From: a virus
Taxonomy: Duplodnaviria > Caudoviricetes
DNA length: 37,286 bases
Virus record (IMG/VR): IMGVR_UViG_3300028829_004751
Location: 1 to 37,286 of that record
Strand: one strand, 5' to 3'
Shown here piece by piece: positions 17,022-26,614 of the stretch. Made by a program: the position numbers and the translations under genes. Positions within the stretch are counted from its first letter, which is position 1, and every line of letters begins with the position of its first letter. Below the pieces are notes generated by a model, which did not search any database, had not been told where the DNA came from, and saw only the letters and a program-made list of their open reading frames with translations.

Positions 17022-17253
17022 TAATCTAGTTCATAATCTAGTTATGAATAAACTAGATGCTATTAAAATATTTAGTCCTGCCACTATAAGACATGAGTGG
17101 GATATGCGTAGTACTTATTGTCAATACTATAAAAAAAGTAAATATATTAAACTATTTTATAAAGCAAACAGTGTTGATTATCATTTTAGATTTACATACA
17201 AAGAATGGGATATAGCTGCAAAAAAGTTAGTTAGTCTACTAAAAAACAGTTAA
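16948..17253 (+). CDS. Hypothetical protein
   Basis: 101 aa ORF overlapping the end of bS21; start uncertain. Confidence 0.55.
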   Translation: MFPDKIKIQVDHNTQTIHLGLKVSDNLVHNLVMNKLDAIKIFSPATIRHEWDMRSTYCQYYKKSKYIKLFYKANSVDYHFRFTYKEWDIAAKKLVSLLKNS

Positions 17254-17260
17254 TGTAAGC

Positions 17261-17289
17261 TTGCTAACCGGTTATTAATTGTCTATGAT
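17261..17289 (+). promoter_or_regulatory. Sigma70-type promoter with palindrome TAACCGGTTA overlapping the -35/spacer
   Basis: TTGCTA-17-TATGAT; palindrome at 17265-17274. Confidence 0.6.
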
Positions 17290-17316
17290 AGTTTTATATA
17301 AATCATGGAGTTAATA

Positions 17317-17568
17317 ATGAGAGCGTATAAAGGAACATTTAAGAAGAAAAATGGTGAGTCAAGAGATATGGTGTTTGCTAAGCTAAATGACTTACCACAA
17401 GAATTTCTTAGTACTATGGTACTAGGAACAGGATCAGAACAACAGTATCCAAAAGGTATGGAACTGGTATGGGATTTAGAAGCAGATAACTATAGAGTAT
17501 TTAATTGGCAGTCTGCTGAATCTGCTCCTCAAGAATTTTTGATTGATGACAGTTATTTTATGCAATAA
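17317..17568 (+). CDS. SH3/Sm-like beta-barrel protein (WYL_2/DUF2693-like)
   Basis: F.KKNGESR...VWDLEADNYRVFN pattern; GGAG RBS favours ATG 17317 over 17305. Confidence 0.6.
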   Translation: MRAYKGTFKKKNGESRDMVFAKLNDLPQEFLSTMVLGTGSEQQYPKGMELVWDLEADNYRVFNWQSAESAPQEFLIDDSYFMQ

Positions 17569-17584
17569 AGAAAGGTAGCAGACT

Positions 17585-18268
17585 ATGCTTGATCAGTGGG
17601 TTATAGAAAAGCATGAAGAACCTTGGCCTTATATGGTTATTGATAACTTCTACGACGAAGAAACTTGGAACTATATACAACATAATATAGTGCATAATTG
17701 TAAAAAATATTTTACACAATGGCCTGAGCGTTGGGGTAAATGTAAAGTACAAAAACAACTAACATATGGCCCTTTAGATCGTGTAATAGTTAGACCAAAT
17801 AGACTATCATATGAACCTCATGAAGATTCTATAATTACAAATTATTTTTTAAAGCATACTGGCGAAGACTTTATTAAAAAATATTTTAAAACTTATAGAA
17901 GTTATACCCAACTTAAACCATACATCTCTGTTAAATATGCTTGGGAACAAGGGCAGATATTAGGTATTCACGATGAAACTTCTGATAAAGTTTTAAGTGT
18001 TATAACTTATTTATCTCCTCAACATAATATAGGTACTATGGTCTATGATAAAAATAAAAATTTAAAACATACTACCCCTTGGAAACAAAATAGGGCATTT
18101 GTTATGTGTGGTATTGATGGCGTAACCTGGCATAATTGTATATCAAGCAAATCATCACCTAGTCCTACTGAAAGCGTAGTAGGTAATGCTAGTAACAGAA
18201 TTACTATTGATTACTTTGCGACCCGTCCAAATAGTGAAATATCACTACCTATGCATATCAGTAAATAA
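17585..18268 (+). CDS. 2OG-Fe(II) oxygenase
   Basis: EPWPYMVIDNF; IHDE..DKVLSVITYL; WKQNRAFV...TWH...R. Confidence 0.8.
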   Translation: MLDQWVIEKHEEPWPYMVIDNFYDEETWNYIQHNIVHNCKKYFTQWPERWGKCKVQKQLTYGPLDRVIVRPNRLSYEPHEDSIITNYFLKHTGEDFIKKYFKTYRSYTQLKPYISVKYAWEQGQILGIHDETSDKVLSVITYLSPQHNIGTMVYDKNKNLKHTTPWKQNRAFVMCGIDGVTWHNCISSKSSPSPTESVVGNASNRITIDYFATRPNSEISLPMHISK

Positions 18269-18282
18269 TATGTGATAATACT

Positions 18283-18468
18283 ATGATAACTTTTAAAGAA
18301 AAATGCAGAGTTTTCTATATAGTAAAAGGCCACTTAACCGGAGTGGATAAAGAGACTATAGAACAAAGCTATGATTCATACTTTAAAAGACTATGGTACA
18401 ATGAAGAAGCCTATATATCTCAAGAAGGCTTTGAAAAAGAATTTAAGCGCTTCAATGAAGCAAGATGA
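18283..18468 (+). CDS. Small hypothetical phage protein
   Basis: 61 aa ORF immediately upstream of the tmRNA acceptor piece. Confidence 0.6.
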   Translation: MITFKEKCRVFYIVKGHLTGVDKETIEQSYDSYFKRLWYNEEAYISQEGFEKEFKRFNEAR

Positions 18469-18710
18469 AAGCTGAACTGGACTCGGGGGCAGTACCCGAC
18501 AGCTCCACCATAAGTACATAATGTGTATTTTTGATGGGGCTGAAATAGGATCGACAGGTAGTGTATAGTTAAGTGGAGAAGCAGGTGTGCAAACAACCTT
18601 AATCGTAAGACAACTACAAATGCAAATGATAATTTTGCTCCTACAGGTTATGCGTTAGCCGCATGATGCTGGTGGGTATGGGTTCCACCTAGAAACAGAA
18701 CGGGCCTACT
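18469..18710 (+). ncRNA. ssrA: Circularly permuted (two-piece) tmRNA, alphaproteobacterial type; tag ANDNFAPTGYALAA*
   Basis: Acceptor piece comes first: T-stem TCGGG/CCCGA, loop GGCAGTA, CAGCTCC-A-CCA ending 18510; 25 nt intervening segment; 5' end GGGGCTGAAATAGGATCGAC at 18536 giving a 7 bp stem with G3:U; tag 18622-18666; outer ends approximate. Confidence 0.95.
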
Positions 18711-18739
18711 AACAGAGGTTTTATTTATAAAAAATATAA

Positions 18740-19312
18740 ATGGATAAAATAGATAATAAAATATATATTCTTGGAAATGGTAGCTTTTCTCAAGAAGTGT
18801 TTGAGCAAATAGTGGTAGCTAATTCTATAAATAATTTTGGAGGCTTTATCGTCCTAAAAGATGATAAAGCTTTTTGCATTGGGGAAGAAGGTGTAGATAC
18901 TTTTAAATATCCTAACAATGCTCAATTTATCATAGGAACAGATAATTTAGATTGGAGAGAAGAATTTTATCTTCATTTCTCTGAACACTACGAACATACA
19001 ATAAATCATTGGCCTAATGTATCAGCACCTAATGCATATCAATCAATTAGCGCTACAATGGGTATTGGTAATTTATTTTTAATGTATTCATTGGTAAATG
19101 CAAATACTGATATAGGTAGCTTTAATTTATTCTGTGCATATTCTTCTATTGGTGTAAATTGTTCTATAGAACAGCATAATGTACTTCATCCTTATGCATC
19201 AATTTCTAAAGGAGTATCTACTGGAGACTCTAACTTACTATGTTCTGGAGAAATACTATTTGATAATATTACAAATTGTTGCACTTTATCATCTGGTGTA
19301 GTAAGTGATTAA
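18740..19312 (+). CDS. NeuD/PglD-like sugar acetyltransferase (left-handed beta-helix)
   Basis: IYILGNGSFSQEV N-terminal domain; hexapeptide repeats. Confidence 0.75.
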   Translation: MDKIDNKIYILGNGSFSQEVFEQIVVANSINNFGGFIVLKDDKAFCIGEEGVDTFKYPNNAQFIIGTDNLDWREEFYLHFSEHYEHTINHWPNVSAPNAYQSISATMGIGNLFLMYSLVNANTDIGSFNLFCAYSSIGVNCSIEQHNVLHPYASISKGVSTGDSNLLCSGEILFDNITNCCTLSSGVVSD

Positions 19313-19979
19313 GGTAGCTATAATGCAACCCTATATGTTTCCATATATAGGATACTTACAACTTATGAATGCTGTAGATCATTTTGTATTTATGGATGAT
19401 GTTACTTTTATTAAAAAAGGTTGGATGAATAGAAACAAACTTACAACTAATGGTAAAGAGCAGATCTTTACCATTCCAGTTAGTAAGATTTCTCAGAATA
19501 AAAAAATTAACGAACATTATGTTGGGTCAGGCTGGTCTACAAAATTAATTAGGTCAATCCAACACAACTATCAGAAGAGTCCATATTTTGAAGAATACTC
19601 TATTCATCTTTTTTCACTTATAAAAGAATTAGAAGATAAAAATTTTTCAGACGCTTGTGTTTTAATTTTTGAAACTATAGCAGATATACTTAATATAACA
19701 TCAAAATGGCACTTATCTTCATCATTTGACGTAGAGCATTTAAAAGCAGAACAAAAGATTATCACTATATGTAGTGAGTTAGGTGCAAATATGTATATTA
19801 ATCCTATTGGAGGATTAAATTTACCTTTCTATACACAAGAACTATTTAATCCTATACATTTGAGATTTATAAATAGAAAAGACATATTACCTGCAACATC
19901 AATTATAGATTTACTTTTCAGATTTGAAACTGAGAATATAAAAAATAATTTAAATAAATATGAGTTAATAGAAAAATGA
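19305..19979 (+). CDS. wbqC: WbqC-like protein
   Basis: AIMQPYMFPYIGY, DDVTFIKKGWMNRN, YINPIGG, SIIDLLF. Confidence 0.9.
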   Translation: MIKVAIMQPYMFPYIGYLQLMNAVDHFVFMDDVTFIKKGWMNRNKLTTNGKEQIFTIPVSKISQNKKINEHYVGSGWSTKLIRSIQHNYQKSPYFEEYSIHLFSLIKELEDKNFSDACVLIFETIADILNITSKWHLSSSFDVEHLKAEQKIITICSELGANMYINPIGGLNLPFYTQELFNPIHLRFINRKDILPATSIIDLLFRFETENIKNNLNKYELIEK

Positions 19980-20683
19980 TAACAGACGAACTACTTAAAA
20001 TTTATAATGAAAAATCTGAAATTGCCCCCAATAGTAGAAATGCCTTATCTGATATGGCTTTTCATTTTCCTGTGTTAAGAGATTTTGCTGCTGATTGTAG
20101 TATTATTTATGAGTTAGGTGTTAGAGAGCTAGGTGCTAGTTGGGCATTTTTAACAGGTATGGCAGATAGAAATACTTGTTTTGTAGAAGCTAGTCCTAGA
20201 AAATTAACAATAACACCAGGAGCTATTATTCACTCAATTGATCATATACATCCTGATAAATTTGGCGGTCCTGGAACACTAAAACACTTTCAAGATATTG
20301 CATTAGAAAATAATGTAATTCATAATTTTATGGAAGCTAGTTCTCTTGACATAGAGATTATATCAGCCCATATGATTATGTTTGATACAGATCATACATA
20401 TGATCAACTATCTGCAGAGCTTAAACTGCATGGTAATAAAGCATCAAAATATTTAGTATTTCATGATACAGTGGGTTGTGGTCAAGAAATTGTTCCAGCT
20501 ATCAATGAATTTTTAGAAGAAAATGAAGAATGGATGGTATACTATCATACTAATGAGTGTATGGGATTAACCATTTTAGCTAAGCTTACTGAAGAACAGT
20601 ATCAAGATATGAAAAATCATCAAGAAAAAGCTGCACAAGGAGCTAATCACAGACCTGACTATAAGGAGTCAAATAATGACTAA
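19976..20683 (+). CDS. Class I SAM-dependent methyltransferase (Methyltransf_24-like)
   Basis: YELGVR..G.S, FDTDHTY, LVFHDT. Confidence 0.8.
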   Translation: MITDELLKIYNEKSEIAPNSRNALSDMAFHFPVLRDFAADCSIIYELGVRELGASWAFLTGMADRNTCFVEASPRKLTITPGAIIHSIDHIHPDKFGGPGTLKHFQDIALENNVIHNFMEASSLDIEIISAHMIMFDTDHTYDQLSAELKLHGNKASKYLVFHDTVGCGQEIVPAINEFLEENEEWMVYYHTNECMGLTILAKLTEEQYQDMKNHQEKAAQGANHRPDYKESNND

Positions 20684-21299
20684 ACCAATTATTGTATTTG
20701 GAGATAGAGATTTAGCTGAAATGGCTAAATTTTACTGGGGTAAAAGAGTTGTGGGATTTACTAAAGATAATCCTGAATCAGATACAGCTTTTGGTTTACC
20801 TATGCATGATTTTGCTACAATAGCAGAGGATTATCCTGCAACTGATTATGATATGTTTGCTCCATTAGCAGATAATAGAACAAGAGCAAAAATTTATAGA
20901 GCATGCAAAAGTCGTGGATACTCAATGCCTACTTTTATACATCATGATGCTAGAATTTGGAATAAAAATGCTATTGGAGATAACTGCTTTATTCAAGAAT
21001 TTACTAATATACAATATAAAACAACAGTAGGTAATAATGTTGTTATGTGGGCTGGAAATCATGTAGGGCATCATAGTATTATAGACGATCATGTATTTTA
21101 TACTTCTCATGTTGTACAGTCCGGACACTGTCATATTGGTAAATATGCATGGTTAGGAGTCAACTCTACCATACGTGATTTTATGGAAATTGCAGAGGGC
21201 ACCATGTTAGCTATGGATACTTCTGTAACTAAAAATATTACAGAACCGTGGGGTTTGTATAGAGGAAGTCCAGCACGGAGATTAAAGAATGTGGAATAA
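20676..21299 (+). CDS. Sugar N/O-acetyltransferase (left-handed beta-helix)
   Basis: IGDNCFIQE, VGNNVVMWAGNHVGHHS, GSPAR. Confidence 0.9.
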   Translation: MTKPIIVFGDRDLAEMAKFYWGKRVVGFTKDNPESDTAFGLPMHDFATIAEDYPATDYDMFAPLADNRTRAKIYRACKSRGYSMPTFIHHDARIWNKNAIGDNCFIQEFTNIQYKTTVGNNVVMWAGNHVGHHSIIDDHVFYTSHVVQSGHCHIGKYAWLGVNSTIRDFMEIAEGTMLAMDTSVTKNITEPWGLYRGSPARRLKNVE

Positions 21300-22173
21300 A
21301 CATGGTATTATTTATTCTGATAAAAAAGCACAGTTACCTGTAGTAGAAGAAAGAAATTGTTCTTGGAGGATATACTTTACTTCTCGTAATAAATTAAACC
21401 AAAATGAAGGATATTTTATTGACGTAAAAAAAGGTAAACCATCTAAAATACTAGCTCCTGCTAAACAAATATTAGTAGCTGGTAAGCCTGGAAGTACTGA
21501 TTCAGCAGGTGTTATGCCCGTCTGTAAATTTGAAAATAAACTATACTACATAGGATGGACTATAAGACAAGATGTTCCTTACTACAATTATTGTTCTGTA
21601 GCAGAAGAAGGTTTAAATGCTAAGTTTAAAAAACTTGGACCCATACTTTCTCCAAATGTAATAGATCAAGGATATTCAGGCACTATATGCGTAATTAAAC
21701 TTAATAATGTATATATGGGTTACTACTTATCTTGTAATAAATGGTTGCCAGATGAAAATGGTAATTTGCAACCTTCTTATAATATTAGACTAGCTACTTC
21801 AGAAGATGGTATATATTGGAATAAATCAGTTGTACCTACAATAAAACTACGTGGAGAAGAAGCAGGTATTTCTGCTGCTACAGTGTATAAACATAAAGAC
21901 ATTTTTCATATGTGGTTTTCTGTGAGAAATAGTATTGAATTTAGAACTAATCCTGAACATGCTTATACTATACAGCATGCCACTTCTAAAGATGGTTATG
22001 CCTGGTCAAGAGATACAAAATTTGGTATAGTACAAGAACTAGAATTTGAGTCAATTATGTGTGCTTACCCAGCAATAATTCCTTATAAAGATAAACTTCA
22101 TATGTTTTATAATGGTAATGGTTTTGGAAAAACTGGTATAGCACATGCAACAATGGATATAGATAAATTATGA
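21289..22173 (+). CDS. Beta-propeller glycoside-hydrolase-like protein (GH32/43-like fold)
   Basis: W.K.G.I start, Asp-box-like ATSEDGIYW and ATSKDGYAW, MFYNGNGFGKTGI. Confidence 0.75.
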   Translation: MWNKHGIIYSDKKAQLPVVEERNCSWRIYFTSRNKLNQNEGYFIDVKKGKPSKILAPAKQILVAGKPGSTDSAGVMPVCKFENKLYYIGWTIRQDVPYYNYCSVAEEGLNAKFKKLGPILSPNVIDQGYSGTICVIKLNNVYMGYYLSCNKWLPDENGNLQPSYNIRLATSEDGIYWNKSVVPTIKLRGEEAGISAATVYKHKDIFHMWFSVRNSIEFRTNPEHAYTIQHATSKDGYAWSRDTKFGIVQELEFESIMCAYPAIIPYKDKLHMFYNGNGFGKTGIAHATMDIDKL

Positions 22174-22892
22174 ACCCTAAATATATTTCGCAACTAGAAG
22201 AAGACGGATATGCTATTATACCAAAAATGGTAGAACATCAATTTTTAGATGATGTTAAAAATAGTATAACTGCATTATTCATGTCACAAGTAGAATATAC
22301 AAACAGTACTGATATTATAGAGCTGTACGAAAAGCATAACGATAGATTTTTAAATTGTGCAAAACATGCTCAATGGAATCTACAACTTCATCATTTAGGA
22401 GTAATGTTAGGATATAAAGTAGGAAACTTTATGAAAGATCCTTTAGTTAATATTTGTACTCGTCCTGTAGTATTTTTTAATAATAAACATACAGCTAATA
22501 AAGCAATACACCATACTACTCCAGCTCATCAGGATTCTAAATCTATGCAAGGCTCTAGTGACGCGCTAGTTTGCTGGGTTCCTCTAATAGACATAACTGA
22601 AGAGCTTGGTAGATTAGAAGTTGTAGCAAAAAGTCATAAATTAGGTGATTTATCTTCTGATATTGAAGAAGGTTTTGGACAAGTTAAAGACACAGAAGAA
22701 CTAGAATTTAAAGCAGTAGACGTGCCTAAAGGCTCTGTATTAATATTTGATTCTAATTTAGTACATAGAAGTGGTACAATAGAAGTAGGAACTAGATGGT
22801 CTGCACATTTTAGATTTAATAATATGTATGATCCTAATTTTGTTGAAAGAGGGTATCCTCATCCTTACATTTATAAACCGGTAAAACTATGA
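22170..22892 (+). CDS. PhyH-family 2OG-Fe(II) dioxygenase
   Basis: EEDGYAII, TPAHQD, CWVPL, GSVLIF...LVHRSG, RWS. Confidence 0.88.
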   Translation: MNPKYISQLEEDGYAIIPKMVEHQFLDDVKNSITALFMSQVEYTNSTDIIELYEKHNDRFLNCAKHAQWNLQLHHLGVMLGYKVGNFMKDPLVNICTRPVVFFNNKHTANKAIHHTTPAHQDSKSMQGSSDALVCWVPLIDITEELGRLEVVAKSHKLGDLSSDIEEGFGQVKDTEELEFKAVDVPKGSVLIFDSNLVHRSGTIEVGTRWSAHFRFNNMYDPNFVERGYPHPYIYKPVKL

Positions 22893-23647
22893 TTCGTATA
22901 ATTTATAGAACACATAACTCGACTAATTATAATAATAGACCTGATTGGTTTCATTATAGAAGTTGTTGGGAAAACCTAGTTGCTACCAAAGAAGATAGTG
23001 AACTTTGGGTTTTATATGATGGAAAGTTACAGGGAGTAGAAGAATGGGGATATCACGCTAATATTCTAGAGATTAACTCAGATGAAAAACTACCTGAACT
23101 ACTAAAAGAATGGGAAGAAGCTGATTTATATTATGAAGATAATGATGATGCAGGTAATATTTATCGTAAACGCGTAGAAGCTCCTGATAATGAAAAAGCT
23201 GCAGGACACTTAATGTATGAATTTATATATGCAAACATTGATAACTGGGATGATAATGATATTATTTATATGGTAGAAGATGATTATCTACATCTTTCAG
23301 GATGGCCTACTGCACTACAAAATGTTTATGATGTGTATCCCTCGTTAAACTATGTATCTCTTTATGATCATCCTGATAAATACTCACAAAGATATGTAGG
23401 TTTACATAGTCAGATAATAATTTCTAATTATTGTCACTGGAGAACTGTTCCTAGTACTTGTGGAACTTTTGCAGGTCGTGTAAAAGATTTTAAACAAGAT
23501 AAGCATATTCATTTTAATTTAGGTGATCATAATAAATTTAAATTATTAGAACAAGCTAATAAAAGTATTGTATCTGCTATGCCTGCTCTTGCAACTCACT
23601 GTGTAGATCCTTGGGTATCTCCGTTTAGAAATTGGAAAGATTTATGA
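22889..23647 (+). CDS. GT-A fold glycosyltransferase-like protein
   Basis: IIYMVEDDYLH, SLYDHPDKY, terminal ATH. Confidence 0.7.
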   Translation: MIRIIYRTHNSTNYNNRPDWFHYRSCWENLVATKEDSELWVLYDGKLQGVEEWGYHANILEINSDEKLPELLKEWEEADLYYEDNDDAGNIYRKRVEAPDNEKAAGHLMYEFIYANIDNWDDNDIIYMVEDDYLHLSGWPTALQNVYDVYPSLNYVSLYDHPDKYSQRYVGLHSQIIISNYCHWRTVPSTCGTFAGRVKDFKQDKHIHFNLGDHNKFKLLEQANKSIVSAMPALATHCVDPWVSPFRNWKDL

Positions 23648-24639
23648 TACCTTTTATTTTAAAGAAAAATTTAAATCATGACGCATTTGCTGAATACTTA
23701 ATTACTGCACAAACAACTAATCAATTTACTAATGATGGTTGGGCTGTTCGTGAACTTGAGTTACGAGCTAAGTATATGTTAAAAATTGATGATAGTAAAG
23801 CTGTTATTGCTACTTCTAGTGGGACATCAGCTTTACATGCTATATTATACGGTATGATAAGAAAAGATAATCATCAATATAGAATATCTACTTCAGATTT
23901 TACTTTTCCTTCAAACTCTCAAGGACCAGCCTCTGGTCCAATTATAGCAGATCTTAACTCTGAATACTGTATTAATTTAGATGATCCATACTTACAAGAG
24001 TCATCAGACTTAGTTATAGTAACAAATTGTTTTGGACACTTAGAAAATTTAGATGAAGTAATTGCTAAAACTGAGGGCAGAAGTAAAAAATTAATATTTG
24101 ATAATGCAGCTACTCCATACTCTTTTTGGAATGACACTAATAGCTGTAATCTTGGAACTGCTAGTTATATTTCTCTACACCATACTAAACCTTTAGGGTT
24201 CGGAGAAGGTGGACTAGCTATTATAGATAGAGAATATGAAACTCATGTTAGAGCTGCTTGTAATTTTGGAAAATTAGATCAGTCATTTAATGAATATGGT
24301 AGTAATTATAAAATGAGCGATATAAGTGCTGCCGCTATATTACAATGGTGGGATCAATTTGATATAAATACTTTAAAAGAAATGTACCAAAATAACTATT
24401 ATAAATTGCGTTATGAAATGATTAATCATGAAGGTGATTTTTGGCCTAACTACTCTAAATCATTTTTTCCTACCTGTTTGCCTTATGTATTTAAAGATAC
24501 TTTTTCTAATGATAAAACAGAGAGAGAAGTTAAAAAATATTATAAACCACTTAGAGGACTACCAGGAGCTACATTTACATTTGAACATATAAACTGTATA
24601 GGAATTACAGAGGGAGTAGAAGATTGTTTAAACAAATAG
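23644..24639 (+). CDS. DegT/DnrJ/EryC1/StrS aminotransferase (second paralog; start ATG 23644)
   Basis: SSGTSALH, IFDNAA, SLHHTKPLGFGEGG, NYKMSDISAA. Confidence 0.9.
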   Translation: MIPFILKKNLNHDAFAEYLITAQTTNQFTNDGWAVRELELRAKYMLKIDDSKAVIATSSGTSALHAILYGMIRKDNHQYRISTSDFTFPSNSQGPASGPIIADLNSEYCINLDDPYLQESSDLVIVTNCFGHLENLDEVIAKTEGRSKKLIFDNAATPYSFWNDTNSCNLGTASYISLHHTKPLGFGEGGLAIIDREYETHVRAACNFGKLDQSFNEYGSNYKMSDISAAAILQWWDQFDINTLKEMYQNNYYKLRYEMINHEGDFWPNYSKSFFPTCLPYVFKDTFSNDKTEREVKKYYKPLRGLPGATFTFEHINCIGITEGVEDCLNK

Positions 24640-25604
24640 CTGTAGTAACAGGATGTGCAGGATTTATTGGTATTACTTTTACTAAATTATTACTTTCAAA
24701 AGGTTGGTTAGTATATGGTATAGATAAATTAACTTATGTAGCTAATACAGACGAACTTACTGATTTAAAGTTAGAATACTCTAACTTTAAATTTGTTGAA
24801 CAAGATATTAAAGATATTAAAAGATTGCCGGAATGTGATGTGGTATTTAATCTTGCTGCTGAATCTGATGTTGATAATAGTATAATGAATGTAGATAAGT
24901 TTATTGATTCTAATATTTCAGGAGTAAAAAACTTATTAGAAATTATAACTCATAAAAGTGTTCAAATTAAAAATAATAAACCATTGTTTTTTCAAGTGTC
25001 AACTGATGAAGTATATGGAGATACAGTGGAAGGAAGTTTTGATGAGACATCTACACTAAACCCAAGTAATCCTTATGCAGCTACTAAAGCTGCTGCAGAT
25101 ATGTTAATTGAAAGTTGGGCTAGAACTCACGGATTAGAATATATAATTGCTAGACCTTCTAATAATTATGGAGCTAATCAATATCCAGAAAAACTAATAC
25201 CTACTGCAGTTAGAAGATTACAAAGAAATAAAAAAATTAAAGTACATAATAAAGGCTTACCTATCAGATCTTGGACTCATGTAGAAGATACAGCAGAAGC
25301 ATTTATTTTATTGTATGAAAAAGCGTGTAGAAATAATATTTATAATATACAATCAGATTATGAACAAACAAATTTTATAACTGTTACAAAAATTATAAAT
25401 GCTTATTTTATGGGTTCTATAGATATAGATATACCAGATTATAATGAACATATAGATTATAAGTACGATAGACCAGGACAAGATGTAAGATATTCAATAT
25501 CATGTGAGTCTATTAAAAATTATGGTTGGAGTCCTCAAAAGAATTTTGATGAAGAAATTATTAAGTTAGTTAATTATTATAAAAAAAGAAAGTGGAAATG
25601 GTAA
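24624..25604 (+). CDS. rmlB: dTDP/NDP-glucose 4,6-dehydratase
   Basis: VTGCAGFIG, DKLTY, LAAESDVD, VSTDEVYG, NPYAATK, QYPEKLIP, DRPGQDVRY. Confidence 0.88.
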   Translation: MFKQIAVVTGCAGFIGITFTKLLLSKGWLVYGIDKLTYVANTDELTDLKLEYSNFKFVEQDIKDIKRLPECDVVFNLAAESDVDNSIMNVDKFIDSNISGVKNLLEIITHKSVQIKNNKPLFFQVSTDEVYGDTVEGSFDETSTLNPSNPYAATKAAADMLIESWARTHGLEYIIARPSNNYGANQYPEKLIPTAVRRLQRNKKIKVHNKGLPIRSWTHVEDTAEAFILLYEKACRNNIYNIQSDYEQTNFITVTKIINAYFMGSIDIDIPDYNEHIDYKYDRPGQDVRYSISCESIKNYGWSPQKNFDEEIIKLVNYYKKRKWKW

Positions 25605-26614
25605 TGAAAGTTTTTATTACGGGAGTTAGTGGATTACTAGGTAGTAGAATGGCTAGACATCTAATTAATAAAGGTCATGAAGTTGTAGGAATTGATAATA
25701 TGATAGGAGGAGTTGAAGGTAACGTACCCGATACTCCAAAATGTGTATATCATCGAGGAGATATACTTGATACCAAACTTATGAAAGAAATTATGATAGG
25801 ATGTGAAGTAGTATTTCATACTGCATCACTTCCTTATGAGGGTTTAAGTGTATTTTCTCCTACAGTAACAGCTACAAGCATTGTATCTGGAACAATAAGT
25901 ACGGCAATAGCGGCATTACACAACAAAGTTAGACTATTTATTAATTGTTCTTCTATGGCTAGGTATGGAGACCAAGTTGCGCCATTTACAGAAGATATGC
26001 CTACTAAACCAGTAGACCCTTATGGACTAGCTAAAGTACAAGCAGAACAACACTTACAAATGTTAAGTGAAATACATGGGTTACAGTATGTCACAGTAGT
26101 ACCTCATAATGTTATAGGAGTAGGGCAAAGATACTATGATCCTTTTAGAAATGTAGTAGGAATAATGATTAACAGAGCGCTACATAATAAAAATTTAATT
26201 GTATATGGTGATGGAGAACAAAAACGTTCATTTTCAGATGTACGAGATTGTATTATAGCTGTTGAAAGAATTATACAAAGTACCAGAACAGATTTATGTG
26301 GACAGGTATTTAATATTGGGCCTGATGATAATGAAATGAGTATTAAACAACTTGCAGCATTAGTATTACATCATTGTGAAACTTATAGATCTCTTGATTA
26401 TTACCCTGATAGACCTAGGGAAGTTAAAGATGCATATTGTTTAAGTGATAAAATTAGAAAAGAATTTAACTATAATGCTACAACAAGTACAGAACAAACT
26501 ATTAAAGATATGATTGGTTGGATTAGACCTATCAAAAAAGAATTTGAATATCACCTTCCTTTAGAATTAATTACTGAAGACACTCCTAAAACTTGGACAG
26601 ATAAATTAATTTAA
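25604..26614 (+). CDS. NAD-dependent epimerase/dehydratase (start ATG 25604)
   Basis: ITGVSGLLG, SSMARYG, DPYGLAK, GDGEQKRSF. Confidence 0.9.
   Translation: MKVFITGVSGLLGSRMARHLINKGHEVVGIDNMIGGVEGNVPDTPKCVYHRGDILDTKLMKEIMIGCEVVFHTASLPYEGLSVFSPTVTATSIVSGTISTAIAALHNKVRLFINCSSMARYGDQVAPFTEDMPTKPVDPYGLAKVQAEQHLQMLSEIHGLQYVTVVPHNVIGVGQRYYDPFRNVVGIMINRALHNKNLIVYGDGEQKRSFSDVRDCIIAVERIIQSTRTDLCGQVFNIGPDDNEMSIKQLAALVLHHCETYRSLDYYPDRPREVKDAYCLSDKIRKEFNYNATTSTEQTIKDMIGWIRPIKKEFEYHLPLELITEDTPKTWTDKLI

Noticed and set aside
18479-18555. tRNA-Ala gene
   Set aside because: The halves are in permuted order, there is no anticodon arm, and a tag reading frame follows; it is tmRNA
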